Below are positions 8,023 through 17,451 of a stretch of 64,000 bases of DNA, in pieces. The notes beneath the pieces were generated by a model that was not told where the DNA came from, searched no databases, and saw only the letters and a program-made list of their open reading frames with translations. The stretch lies in the IMG/VR virus record IMGVR_UViG_3300016649_000355. One strand, 5' to 3'. Position numbers and translations under genes: made by a program. Origin of the DNA: a virus. Its lineage: Duplodnaviria; Caudoviricetes. Position 1 is the first letter of the stretch. Each line of letters starts with the position of its first letter.

Positions 8023-9123
8023 TTATAATTGTGGTAATTCTTCATATTCTATACTATCACTCATGACACCGATCACATAGTTAGTGCTTTCATTTTCTTG
8101 CAATGCTGTCTGCTTTTTGCTCGTATCACTATGTTTGTTAAACCAGGGGATAGGAGTAGTCTTTGGAGCATTATTCCAGTATTTGATTCCAATATCTTTC
8201 AACGCATTATTTGCTGTATAGTCAACAAAATCTTTGAGAATATTAGCATTCAATCCGATAACAGGACCTTTCTTGAACAAGTATTCTGCCCAAGCTTTTT
8301 CTTCTTGTATCACATCCCTATAAATCTGCAAGACTTCTTCCTGACACTGTTGTGCTATTTTTGCAAATCTACTGTCGTCTTTGATCACTTGATTAATAAG
8401 ATAGGCTGTCCAACCCTTGTGTAATAGTTCGTCTTGTAGGATCAGGCTGATAATATTGCCATTACCGATGAAGATTTTATTCTCTACCATTGCTAGACTT
8501 GTAGCGAACGATACCATGAAGCGAAATGCTTCTAGAGCATATGATGCATGGAGCGCGAGATAAATTGCTTTGATGTGTTTTTCTTCATCGATACTTTCGC
8601 CGATTTCAATGAGGCAATTGATCTTGTGCAGGTCATCGTAATATTTTCCAATACTACTTGCCATGTCAATGATCTCTTTAGTGTCATGAATGGTATTAAA
8701 CACATCTTTAGGCACATTGTATATGTTGCGGATGATGTGGCTGTAGCTGCGGCTATGTATATTTGTCTCAAAGAATGTCCAGTTGTATACTAATGCTTCT
8801 AATTCAGGTAAGCTGATGACGGGTGTAAAGATTTGACTAGGACCTCGACCCTGAAGACTATCTAATGCTGTCTGTCTTAATAGATTGCTCGTAAATATGT
8901 GTTTGACTGCCTCGCTGGAATTCTTGAAATCTTGAGCATCTTTCGTCAAACTGATCTCTTCAGGAACCCAGAAAAAACCCCTCGCAGTTTTTTCAAAATC
9001 GGCGATCTTGTTATATTTTACTTCCTCGAACCGTTGGATAGTTACAGGTCCCTCTGGATCGAGAAACATCTTGCGATTTAAGTAATCGGTTTTAGTTGAT
9101 AGATTATATTGTTGTTTGCTCAT
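8023..9123 (-). CDS. nrdB: Ribonucleotide reductase class Ia beta subunit
   Basis: FWVPEEISL, LLRQTALDSLQGR, ETNIHSRSYSHI, EAFRFMVSFA and DELLH di-iron motifs; C-terminal QENESTNY. Confidence 0.97.
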   Translation of the reverse strand: MSKQQYNLSTKTDYLNRKMFLDPEGPVTIQRFEEVKYNKIADFEKTARGFFWVPEEISLTKDAQDFKNSSEAVKHIFTSNLLRQTALDSLQGRGPSQIFTPVISLPELEALVYNWTFFETNIHSRSYSHIIRNIYNVPKDVFNTIHDTKEIIDMASSIGKYYDDLHKINCLIEIGESIDEEKHIKAIYLALHASYALEAFRFMVSFATSLAMVENKIFIGNGNIISLILQDELLHKGWTAYLINQVIKDDSRFAKIAQQCQEEVLQIYRDVIQEEKAWAEYLFKKGPVIGLNANILKDFVDYTANNALKDIGIKYWNNAPKTTPIPWFNKHSDTSKKQTALQENESTNYVIGVMSDSIEYEELPQL

Positions 9124-9132
9124 GATATTCCT

Positions 9133-10140
9133 TTATAATTTGCAGGACTCGCATTCTGCATCCTCTAATTCCTCAGAGGGTAAATCTATTAATTCTTCCT
9201 CCGCCTTTGATCCTTGTTTGTTGATCAGGCTATAATAAAAAGTTTTCAAGCCCCAATAATGTGCCTGCATCAAATTCTTAGCGATCAATGTAGTTGGGAC
9301 TTTGCGATCTACGAAATGTGCAGGATTATAGAAAGTATTCGTGCTGATACTTTGATCAACATATGCCGCTAGTATTGCCGCAGTCTTTAGATACCCTGCA
9401 CAATCTTTCTGATCCCACATCAATTGATACTTGTTCTTTAATTTATGATATTCAGGTACTACTTGTGTGAACGATCCTGCTTTGCTCTCTTTAGTGCTGA
9501 TCAATGACATGGGTAATTCTATCCCGTTAGTTGAATTGATCACTACAGAACTTGATTCTACAGGGGCGATTGCCATCAAAGTAGCATTGCGAACTCCATA
9601 TTGTTTCATATTCTCACGCAAGGGTTCCCAATCTAATTCGGGGGCGAAGCTTGCCAACTCGTTCGCGCCTTTAGCCCTTCTTTCCCAAGGAAATATTCCT
9701 TTGCCGTAATATGTTTTGTCGCTATGTAAGCATTTACCTCTTTCTTTAGCAAGCTCAACTGTAGCTTCTGTTAGATAATATGCTTGATGTTCCATCCAGG
9801 TTTTAACTTCTTGCAATGCATCACTGTCACCGTACTTCAATCCACGCTTTGCGTGCCAATATGCTAGATTGGTAACGCCTATGCCTAAGGGGGAAATTTC
9901 GTCGTTACTTAATTTGCTCTGAATACTCAAGAAATCCTGATAATCAAGTATGTTACACAAGCTACGGTGAAGTATGCGGCAAGCTCTGCGCATGTCTTCT
10001 GGATTTCTGAAAGAGCCCCAGTTGATACTTCCAAGTGTACATAAGGCCACTCTGCCCTCTGCTTCGTCTATCTCATAATATTCGTATTCATCATCCAATT
10101 CTTCCGGAAGACATTCTATTTCTTCATATAATTCGTTCAT
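9133..10140 (-). CDS. nrdA: Ribonucleotide reductase class Ia alpha subunit, C-terminal fragment (NrdA-b)
   Basis: GRVALCTLGSINW (E. coli C462 equivalent), LGIGVTNLA, AIAPVESSS, KTFYY (Y730/731) and C-terminal CESCKL. It has its own AAGGA RBS and a novel acidic N-terminal head. Confidence 0.93.
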   Translation of the reverse strand: MNELYEEIECLPEELDDEYEYYEIDEAEGRVALCTLGSINWGSFRNPEDMRRACRILHRSLCNILDYQDFLSIQSKLSNDEISPLGIGVTNLAYWHAKRGLKYGDSDALQEVKTWMEHQAYYLTEATVELAKERGKCLHSDKTYYGKGIFPWERRAKGANELASFAPELDWEPLRENMKQYGVRNATLMAIAPVESSSVVINSTNGIELPMSLISTKESKAGSFTQVVPEYHKLKNKYQLMWDQKDCAGYLKTAAILAAYVDQSISTNTFYNPAHFVDRKVPTTLIAKNLMQAHYWGLKTFYYSLINKQGSKAEEELIDLPSEELEDAECESCKL

Positions 10141-10370
10141 ATAAATCCTTTTTGAATCTGTTCTCGTTTTTCCCGATAATCTTGATATAGTTCAATCTCT
10201 TTCATGTTTATTACATATGAAGTGCCGCCTGTCATGTGATTCTTCAACATTCCTTCACTTAGCCACTGAAGTCTCTGCTTGAATTCTTCAAGGTTAGCAC
10301 ACTTCATATATTCATATGAATTCATTAGTTGTTTTCTAAGTGCGGCAAGTGCTTTAGTTTTATCACTCAT
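10137..10370 (-). CDS. Hypothetical protein inside the nrdA interruption
   Basis: 77-aa ORF with ATGA overlaps to both the endonuclease and nrdA-b. Confidence 0.65.
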   Translation of the reverse strand: MSDKTKALAALRKQLMNSYEYMKCANLEEFKQRLQWLSEGMLKNHMTGGTSYVINMKEIELYQDYREKREQIQKGFI

Positions 10371-11134
10371 ATCCTCTTTCCATATTTTGTAATTAGGTAA
10401 TAACTTTTACCTGTCGCTTCTTTTGCTTCTGCAATACTAGCATAAACAACACCATCATATTCAATTTTTACCGCTTCATGATGATTGCTACCTTTGATTG
10501 CTAACTCTTTGAGTTGTTTACTTCTTTCTTCTTTAGTCATAAACACATATTCTTTGTGTTCGTATTCAACATCTCTTTTATTGGTTAATTTTTTACATTT
10601 ATAACCTTTATACATACTCTTTCTACCACGGGCAACTGCACTCATAGCGCTGGCATTTAGTTTATGTTGACGACAAAATTCAAGCATATTTGTGATAGTT
10701 AAAACTTCTTGCTCAGGAGTAATAACTTCCCATTCATCTGCTATCTTTAGTTTTTGCTCGTCTTTCATCGCTTTGCCTTTGTTGTTTATAACTAAATCAC
10801 CCGAAGCAAATTTCTTTTTCTTAGTAGCAGATATTTTAGGACCATTACCGCAATCGCCTCCGCCGGCAGTAGGAGAAATATTGTAGTACATTGGACTTCT
10901 AGCACAATTCAATGTATCTAAATAATATTGCTCTCTTACCAAAATATCTTCTTCCTTTTCAATATATTCTACAATAGTTCTTTCAAAATTTTCAATACCA
11001 TATTTGTTTTTGGCATTTTCAAATCTTCTACCACTTCCAGTATAACCATCATTGATTGTACCTTTATGTGATCCCAGATATTTCATTCCATCTAATTTAT
11101 TTGTCCATTCGTATATAAAACCTGAATAATTCAT
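10367..11134 (-). CDS. Free-standing GIY-YIG (Seg-like) homing endonuclease
   Basis: GFIYEWTNKLDGMKYLGSHKG...GYTGSG...KYGIENFERTIVE N-terminal nuclease domain, followed by basic NUMOD-like DNA-binding segments; AGGAGG RBS. Confidence 0.9.
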   Translation of the reverse strand: MNYSGFIYEWTNKLDGMKYLGSHKGTINDGYTGSGRRFENAKNKYGIENFERTIVEYIEKEEDILVREQYYLDTLNCARSPMYYNISPTAGGGDCGNGPKISATKKKKFASGDLVINNKGKAMKDEQKLKIADEWEVITPEQEVLTITNMLEFCRQHKLNASAMSAVARGRKSMYKGYKCKKLTNKRDVEYEHKEYVFMTKEERSKQLKELAIKGSNHHEAVKIEYDGVVYASIAEAKEATGKSYYLITKYGKRI

Positions 11135-11135
11135 T

Positions 11136-11182
11136 TGTGCCTCCTGTACATTTATTTATCATTACTCTGTACTTTAGGCACA
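11136..11182 (-). promoter_or_regulatory. RBS-sequestering hairpin with an embedded late promoter upstream of the GIY-YIG gene
   Basis: Minus strand: TGTGCCT-aaa-GTACA-gagtaatgaTAAATAaa-TGTAC-agg-AGGCACA-aATG. The stem pairs with part of AGGAGG, and TAAATA (11153-11158) sits in the loop. Confidence 0.8.
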
Positions 11183-11187
11183 TTTAA

Positions 11188-12660
11188 CTATTTTATTCGC
11201 CTGATTTTTACTATATCGTTGGATTTGTTCTTCATAAACTCATCAACATTGGATTTTTTAACTCTAATCAACTTGCGTTCTGGATCCATTCTCTTGAATG
11301 GTTTGGTGGGCAATAGTATTTCACAGCATAGGTTACTTTGATATATGGTATGGTAGTCTGGATCAAATGGGCCTTGGTTCATGACATTATCGATAAACAC
11401 CAGATATATACGACCAGTATCTGTGCGTTCTTTCAAAATGCCGCCTTTGAAGACTTCTTCAGCACTCATGGTCTTCTTGCGCAATCCGTTCTGTTTTTCA
11501 TACTTTACATAGAGTTCTTCGAACAATCCTGTATCCTTATAAAACGCTTCGTATAGATCAGGTACTTCATTAGGGTCGAAGAAAGTGATATTTTCTTTGT
11601 TCTTGAATCTGCGCCAGAAGAACGCACTAAGAACAACACCGTAATCCATGTGCCTTACCCTTGTTTCTTCAGTTCCTTGATTATTCTTGAGTACGATCAG
11701 ATCATCAAATTGATAGTGCCATATAGGATAGAATATAGTGGCACTGGCGTTTCTAATTCCGCCTTGGCTGCAACTTCTAAGATCTCCAAACCATTTCTTT
11801 AAGAAGGGAATCATACCAGTGTGCATGATCTCACCGCCGCGAATAGGACTACCCAGTGGGCGTAGTCTGCCAATTTCTAAACCAATGCCTGCGCGTTTGC
11901 TGGCATATTTGGCCATCATTTCGCCAGATGCAAAGATACTATCCAAATCGTCATCACTGCGGATAAGAACACAACTACTAAACTGTTTAGTTGGCGTTCC
12001 GAGACCAGCAAGAACAGGAGTAGCGAGAGTAAAAAGACCGTCACTGGCTGCATTGTAATATTCCTTTATATAACGCATACGAGTCGAATTGGGCTCTTCT
12101 CGATGAAACACTGTGGCTGCTGCCACCATGTATCTAACCTGGGGAGTTTCGTAGATTTCTTTTGTCGCCCTATTTTTAACAAGATATTTCTCTATCAATT
12201 GCTCGATTGCGGCATAACTGTATGCTTCATCCTTAGAATGGTCGATGATCTCATCCATTTTATTCCATTCTTCTTCAGTATACCATTCAAGTAATTCATG
12301 TGTATAAAGACCTTTACCTACATTTTTCTTTACGATCTCATAAAGTTTAGGTGGGTTATAACCGCCATAAACATCTTTACGCAACATGCTCACACGCTGT
12401 TTTCCTGCCACAAACTGATAATTAGTGTGACCAACATCAGGATTCGATTCTACATCGATCAAATCCACGACTGCTCTCAAAGTGATATCATCGATCTCTC
12501 TTGTTGTGATGCCATCATAAAATTGTGGTTGAGCTTTGATCTCAATCATCGACTGACTAACATCTGCTATGCCCTGACATATCTTTGCTACTTGTGCTTG
12601 CCATTTTTCTAGAGTCAATGGCTCTTTTTTCCCCGATCTTTTGGTTACATTTATGATCAT
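11188..12660 (-). CDS. nrdA: Ribonucleotide reductase class Ia alpha subunit, N-terminal fragment (NrdA-a) with ATP cone
   Basis: N-terminal ATP cone (VTKRSG..EPL), TPVLAGLGTPTKQFSSCVLI (C225 equivalent), SQGGIRNA and QSNLCCEILLPTKP (N437/C439/E441). It ends in a basic non-NrdA tail. Confidence 0.95.
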   Translation of the reverse strand: MIINVTKRSGKKEPLTLEKWQAQVAKICQGIADVSQSMIEIKAQPQFYDGITTREIDDITLRAVVDLIDVESNPDVGHTNYQFVAGKQRVSMLRKDVYGGYNPPKLYEIVKKNVGKGLYTHELLEWYTEEEWNKMDEIIDHSKDEAYSYAAIEQLIEKYLVKNRATKEIYETPQVRYMVAAATVFHREEPNSTRMRYIKEYYNAASDGLFTLATPVLAGLGTPTKQFSSCVLIRSDDDLDSIFASGEMMAKYASKRAGIGLEIGRLRPLGSPIRGGEIMHTGMIPFLKKWFGDLRSCSQGGIRNASATIFYPIWHYQFDDLIVLKNNQGTEETRVRHMDYGVVLSAFFWRRFKNKENITFFDPNEVPDLYEAFYKDTGLFEELYVKYEKQNGLRKKTMSAEEVFKGGILKERTDTGRIYLVFIDNVMNQGPFDPDYHTIYQSNLCCEILLPTKPFKRMDPERKLIRVKKSNVDEFMKNKSNDIVKIRRIK

Positions 12661-13103
12661 AACTTACCCGTTTTTTCTATTATTTGTCGTATGTTTATAT
12701 TTTTTTTGATTGTGAATTGTGATAATGAGTTATTTAATACCGTGTCTGGCCAGTAATTCAGTATATATTTTGCGTTATCGACCAAGACTAATATCACATC
12801 TTCGCTATTATCATCTGTGGCCTCTACTAATTCAATATTTTTGGCACCCAGTAATAACAATGTATATATCATTCCCAATCCACGGGCATATGAGCAATAA
12901 AGATTTTCGTTCAATAGTTGCCACGGGTCAGGCCATTCATCCATAAAATCTGGGTGCAAGTAGTGATTTTGTATTGGAACTTTCTGCCAAAATTCATCGA
13001 CAGCGATGCATTGATCTTGAAGAGATTGAGTTTTTAGATTGTTTCTTAGTTCAGACCAATATGAAAGGCGATTTTCGTAATCTAATTGAAATATATTCAT
13101 CAC
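12657..13103 (-). CDS. Hypothetical phage protein
   Basis: 148-aa ORF (GTG at 13103 or ATG at 13100) with an ATGA overlap to nrdA-a and a TAAGTA box at 13107-13112. Confidence 0.7.
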   Translation of the reverse strand: MMNIFQLDYENRLSYWSELRNNLKTQSLQDQCIAVDEFWQKVPIQNHYLHPDFMDEWPDPWQLLNENLYCSYARGLGMIYTLLLLGAKNIELVEATDDNSEDVILVLVDNAKYILNYWPDTVLNNSLSQFTIKKNINIRQIIEKTGKL

Positions 13104-13139
13104 ATGTACTTATCAGTTATAAAAATAACAGAAAAATAC

Positions 13140-13163
13140 AAAAGGGGGCTTAAGCCCCCTTTT
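13140..13163 (-). terminator. Rho-independent terminator after the fibre gene array
   Basis: GGGGGC-TTAA-GCCCCC stem flanked by A and T tracts, immediately after the stop of 13165..17376. Confidence 0.85.
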
Positions 13164-13164
13164 C

Positions 13165-16100
13165 TTAGAATCTACCAATTACTACTTCAATCACGCCCTT
13201 TTCACCATTGAAGTTCTCTAATGATTTTCCAATGATCGTACCTGCCTTAGCCTCGTTATTAGCCTTAGCGTAACCATTTAGAGATGATACCATTAGATCA
13301 CCTTTTTCTACTGGACCTATAACTTTGACTGGTACGCGACCTTGTAGTGCTAAGATCGCAACATGATCACCTGCACAGCCTGCATTCATGACATATGCGG
13401 GGTCTGTAGATACTACCCCTGCCACCCTTGTAGAATCAAATGTATTAGCTTCCGTGACTTCAAATTCGCCACCAAACACCAATACTGTACCTGGCTCATA
13501 GTCTTTATCAGCTACATATTTTTCTGCTAAGTCAGCGTATGTAGCATTCCATCTAGAACCTGCGCTCAATGTCCAGTTACCTGTTACTGTACCTGCTGTT
13601 GTGTTAGCGCCGGTTGTTAGTGTATTACCAAGAAGTGTCGCTCCCGCACCACCTATCGTTCCAGTTGATGTTACATTACCAGCAGAAACATTACCTGTAA
13701 CTGAAAGTGATGTCAATGTACCAACTGATGTGATGTTTGGTTGTGCGTTTGTTGTTACAGTGCCAGCTGTAGTTGCTGCACCGCTCAGTGTGGCAGTAAT
13801 GATATTAGCATCAAAGCTTCCGTTTGCATCGCGGGCTACAACTTTACTGGCAGTGTTAGTTGTAGTTGCATCAACTGTGGCTGTTACTGCGGTACCACCA
13901 TTGAAACTTGTACCAGTTAGATATGAACCTAATGTCAATGTTTGTGTGGTGTTTGCAGTAATAGTTGATGAGGCGCCTAATGTTACTGTTGTGCCGTTAA
14001 CGGTTGCTGATGCATTTGCAAGTCTTGCTTGATCAAGAGTTCCACTTGAGATATTGCTTGCATTTAGTGCTGTCAATCCACTACCATTACCAGTAAAGAC
14101 ACCTGTGTTAGCAGTGATGTTAGCCGCAGTGATATTTCCGTTAACACTTAAACCAGTTAATGTACCTACTGAAGTTATATTTGGCTGTGCGGCTGTTGTT
14201 AGTGTACCTGTCAATAAATTAGCGCCAATTGTACCTGAGTTAGCATAGACATTACCTGATGTAGTATTGCCTGTAACAGCTAATGATCCTAATGTTCCCA
14301 CACTTGTTAAACTTGATGTAACGATACCTGAATTTAATGCTGTGCCTGTCAAGTTAGCAGCATTCGCAGTTATAACTGTATTTGCTGCCGCTGTCAGTTG
14401 TCCCTGTCCGTTAACGGTGAATGTAGCTACACTGTCGCCATTACCATAGCTACCCGCAGTTACAGTAGTATTGCTTATGCTGAATTGAGTACCAGTTAAT
14501 GTTAAACCTGTACCTGCTGTAAATGCACCTGAACCACTGAATTGAGTCCAGTTAACATTGCTTGTACCAACTGTTGTGACTGGATCAGTCAATACCCAAC
14601 CAGTGTTATCATACAATGTACCAGCAGTTATGAATGTGAAGTCGCCACCGGCCATTTCGACTGGAGTATCGAAATCAGCGGAACGAGTTAAAACTGTGCT
14701 GCTTGTACGATCATAGATACCATTATGTGCAGCATTTGCCTCGTTCTTTACAAGGATACGCATACCATCTGATAGTGTGACACCATCGATAGTTGTGTAT
14801 GAGCCTGTTGTTGTCAATGTCGCGCCGACACCGCTTGTACCATTATTATATGTTACTGTACCGCCTGAAATAGTTGCTAGTGTGCCTGTTGTAGCAGCAT
14901 TACAACTATCGTGAGTATGTAGACCCTGAGCAACATCATCAACATATTGTTTTGTTGCTGCGTCAGTAGCTGCTACAGGAGTAGCTACATTGCTAATTAT
15001 AAAGTTTCCAACATTAACTGTACCAGTACCTGTAGGCACTAAATTGATGTTTTGATTTGCACCTGCAGCAGTAATTGTTACGCTCGTGGTTCTACCCACA
15101 ATCAAATCTGTTACAACATTAGCATTTGAAGATATATTACCTGTGACACTTAATGCACCACCTGTAGAAATATTACCAGCACTTGCGTTACCTGTGACAC
15201 TTAATGCACCACCTGTACTGATATTACCAGCACTTGCGTTACCTGTGACACTTAATGCACCACCTGTAGAAATATTGCCACCTGAAACATTACCTACTGC
15301 AGCCATAGAACCGCCAGTAGCTATGTTTGCTGCTGCTAAATTACCTGTAACTGTGAGACTTGATAATGACCCAACGCTTGTAATATTTGGCTGTGCATTA
15401 GTTGTTAGTGTACCACCTAGTGTGGTAGCTACTACTCCGGTCGCTCCTAAATTACCCACATTAGCATTACCGGTGACACTTAATGCACCACCTGTAGAAA
15501 TATTACCAGCACTTGCGTTACCTGTGACGGTTAATGATGTTAGTGTGCCAGTGCTTGTGATATTAGGTTGTGCATTTGTTGTTAATGTACCGGTCAATAA
15601 ATTAGCACCCACTGTGCCTGAGTTAGCATAGACATTACCTGCTATTACATTGGCCGTCACGCTTAATTCGCCACCGGTTGATAAATTACCTGCACTTGCA
15701 TTACCTGTCACAGTAAGACTTGTTAATGTGCCAACACTTGTTATATTTGGTTGCGCATTTGTTGTTACAGTGCCGGCTGTAGTTGCTGCACCACTCAATG
15801 CACCCACGAATGTTGTAGCATATAAGGCACCATTAGATGCATTGGCAATAAACGCAGTGTTGCCCAATGGCTGAACATTTCCCGATGTTCCACTTATAAG
15901 AGCAATATTGAAATTACCGTTTTGTGCAGAGCCTGCACCGACATAATCTGAAACATTCGCATACGCTACATTCAAATTAGCAACACGGGTAGTGCTTGTC
16001 ACTGTTAATGGAGCAGTACCTGTTGCGATATTACTTGTTAATGTGCTTGCCGCCACCGCACCTGCTGTGCTAATATTACCAGCACTTGCGTTACCTGTGA

Positions 16101-17376
16101 CACTTAATGCACCACCTGTAGAAATATTACCAGCACTTGCGTTACCTGTGACACTTAATGCACCACCTGTAGAAATATTACCAGCACTTGCGTTACCTGT
16201 GACACTTAATGTGCCAGACATTGTAACACCTTCATTACCATCATTGGTGCTTATTGCAAAAATGTTTGCTTTACCCGTAGAGTTGAATGCAAACGCTGAA
16301 TTACTATTATCAATTAAATCCCATAATGTGTCATTTTCGATAGAAGCAACATTACCTGCTTGAATGTAGAATGCATAATTACCTAAACCTGAACCTGCTG
16401 CATTTCCTAGAACACCCACATTGAAACCACCTGCGTGTGTCATTGTTGCATAACCACGAACACCTACTGCTGCACCGGTGTCATTTGTATTTGTTACATA
16501 AGCACCACCTTGGACACCCGTCGCTTTTGTAGCGCCGTTCGCTCTGGCTTCTCCTAGAACACCAATTCCCCATGTACTAGTATTGCCTGAATCTGCAACA
16601 GCCTCACCAACTAAACCAATGTTTTCAAAGTGTGATTGACCTGAATTATCCTGAGATACAATTACTGTAGCATTGGGAAAATCACTTGCATTAGCGGTAT
16701 TTCCTACCCTTAGCCCAGTCAATAATCCTACGCTTGTTACATTTGGCTGTGCGTTTGTTGTTAAAGCTCCTGCTAATAAACTTGCACCAATTGTACCCGA
16801 ATTAGCATAGATATTTGCTGCTGTCGCATTACCTGTGACTGCAAGATTAGCGAGTGTACCGACACTTGTAATATTTGGTTGAGCATTTGTTGTTAATGTG
16901 CCCGCTAAAAAGTTCGCTGTTGCTAGATTACCAAGATTAGCATTATTAAAGTTAGCATTTCCATTTACTGTCAATAAATTAGTAGTTTTGTTAAAGGTAA
17001 AATTTGCTTCTCCACCAAAATCTCCCGCATCATTAAACTGAACATATGTGTTGCTGCCACCAGGAGTACCGCCTAGATCCCAAGCGGTGCCGTTCGCATA
17101 TAATAAATTGTCTGTTTTTATATTTGTTGCCCCGACATTACCATTAACAGTTAAAACTGCTGTAGTTTTATTAAAGGTTAAGTTAGCATTTGCTCCGAAC
17201 GACCCTGCATCATTGAAATATACTTCAGTATTAACACCAGCGGCTACCGGGAAAACAGCAACATTTCCGTCTGAACTCTTAACTGACAAGTCATCATTTG
17301 AATTCAAAAAAACAGTACCTTTTCCGGCGGGCGGAATCGGTACAGAATTTGGGTTATTTTGTTTTAAAATCAGCAT
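13165..17376 (-). CDS. Long tail-fibre-like repeat protein with a C-terminal chaperone-like domain
   Basis: 1403 aa with TTNAQPNITSVGTL repeats, a DAATKQYVD block and C-terminal YADLAEKY...YEPGTVLVFGG...GRVPVKVIG, typical of phage fibre ends. Confidence 0.8.
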   Translation of the reverse strand: MLILKQNNPNSVPIPPAGKGTVFLNSNDDLSVKSSDGNVAVFPVAAGVNTEVYFNDAGSFGANANLTFNKTTAVLTVNGNVGATNIKTDNLLYANGTAWDLGGTPGGSNTYVQFNDAGDFGGEANFTFNKTTNLLTVNGNANFNNANLGNLATANFLAGTLTTNAQPNITSVGTLANLAVTGNATAANIYANSGTIGASLLAGALTTNAQPNVTSVGLLTGLRVGNTANASDFPNATVIVSQDNSGQSHFENIGLVGEAVADSGNTSTWGIGVLGEARANGATKATGVQGGAYVTNTNDTGAAVGVRGYATMTHAGGFNVGVLGNAAGSGLGNYAFYIQAGNVASIENDTLWDLIDNSNSAFAFNSTGKANIFAISTNDGNEGVTMSGTLSVTGNASAGNISTGGALSVTGNASAGNISTGGALSVTGNASAGNISTAGAVAASTLTSNIATGTAPLTVTSTTRVANLNVAYANVSDYVGAGSAQNGNFNIALISGTSGNVQPLGNTAFIANASNGALYATTFVGALSGAATTAGTVTTNAQPNITSVGTLTSLTVTGNASAGNLSTGGELSVTANVIAGNVYANSGTVGANLLTGTLTTNAQPNITSTGTLTSLTVTGNASAGNISTGGALSVTGNANVGNLGATGVVATTLGGTLTTNAQPNITSVGSLSSLTVTGNLAAANIATGGSMAAVGNVSGGNISTGGALSVTGNASAGNISTGGALSVTGNASAGNISTGGALSVTGNISSNANVVTDLIVGRTTSVTITAAGANQNINLVPTGTGTVNVGNFIISNVATPVAATDAATKQYVDDVAQGLHTHDSCNAATTGTLATISGGTVTYNNGTSGVGATLTTTGSYTTIDGVTLSDGMRILVKNEANAAHNGIYDRTSSTVLTRSADFDTPVEMAGGDFTFITAGTLYDNTGWVLTDPVTTVGTSNVNWTQFSGSGAFTAGTGLTLTGTQFSISNTTVTAGSYGNGDSVATFTVNGQGQLTAAANTVITANAANLTGTALNSGIVTSSLTSVGTLGSLAVTGNTTSGNVYANSGTIGANLLTGTLTTAAQPNITSVGTLTGLSVNGNITAANITANTGVFTGNGSGLTALNASNISSGTLDQARLANASATVNGTTVTLGASSTITANTTQTLTLGSYLTGTSFNGGTAVTATVDATTTNTASKVVARDANGSFDANIITATLSGAATTAGTVTTNAQPNITSVGTLTSLSVTGNVSAGNVTSTGTIGGAGATLLGNTLTTGANTTAGTVTGNWTLSAGSRWNATYADLAEKYVADKDYEPGTVLVFGGEFEVTEANTFDSTRVAGVVSTDPAYVMNAGCAGDHVAILALQGRVPVKVIGPVEKGDLMVSSLNGYAKANNEAKAGTIIGKSLENFNGEKGVIEVVIGRF
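15140..15292 (-). repeat. Tandem 51-nt coding repeat (NASAGNISTGGALSVTG) x3
   Basis: The unit cctgtgacacttaatgcaccacctgtagaaatattaccagcacttgcgtta starts at 15140, 15191 and 15242, with further copies near 15470 and at 16094-16211. Confidence 0.9.
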
Positions 17377-17400
17377 TTTTCAGTTCCTTAAGCTTTTATA

Positions 17401-17406
17401 TATTTA
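17401..17406 (-). promoter_or_regulatory. Putative late promoter (TAAATA)
   Basis: TAAATAAATA lies upstream of the AAGGA RBS of the 1403-aa fibre gene. Confidence 0.6.
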
Positions 17407-17451
17407 TTTATGCGGGCTAGACTTGTTAATAAGTCTGCCCGCTTTTCTCTA

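Larger units (their letters stand above)
10141..11187 (-). mobile_element. Homing-endonuclease cassette interrupting nrdA
   Basis: Two ORFs lie between the N- and C-terminal halves of an otherwise complete NrdA. The boundaries are approximate, and the non-NrdA tails extend them. Confidence 0.75.

Noticed and set aside
10057-11280. Group I intron or split intein restoring nrdA
   Set aside because: Only about 53 nt between nrdA-a and the endonuclease is non-coding and the rest is overlapping ORFs, leaving no room for a ribozyme core. The tails lack the intein N-terminal Cys/Ser start and the His-Asn|Cys end. nrdA-b has its own RBS.
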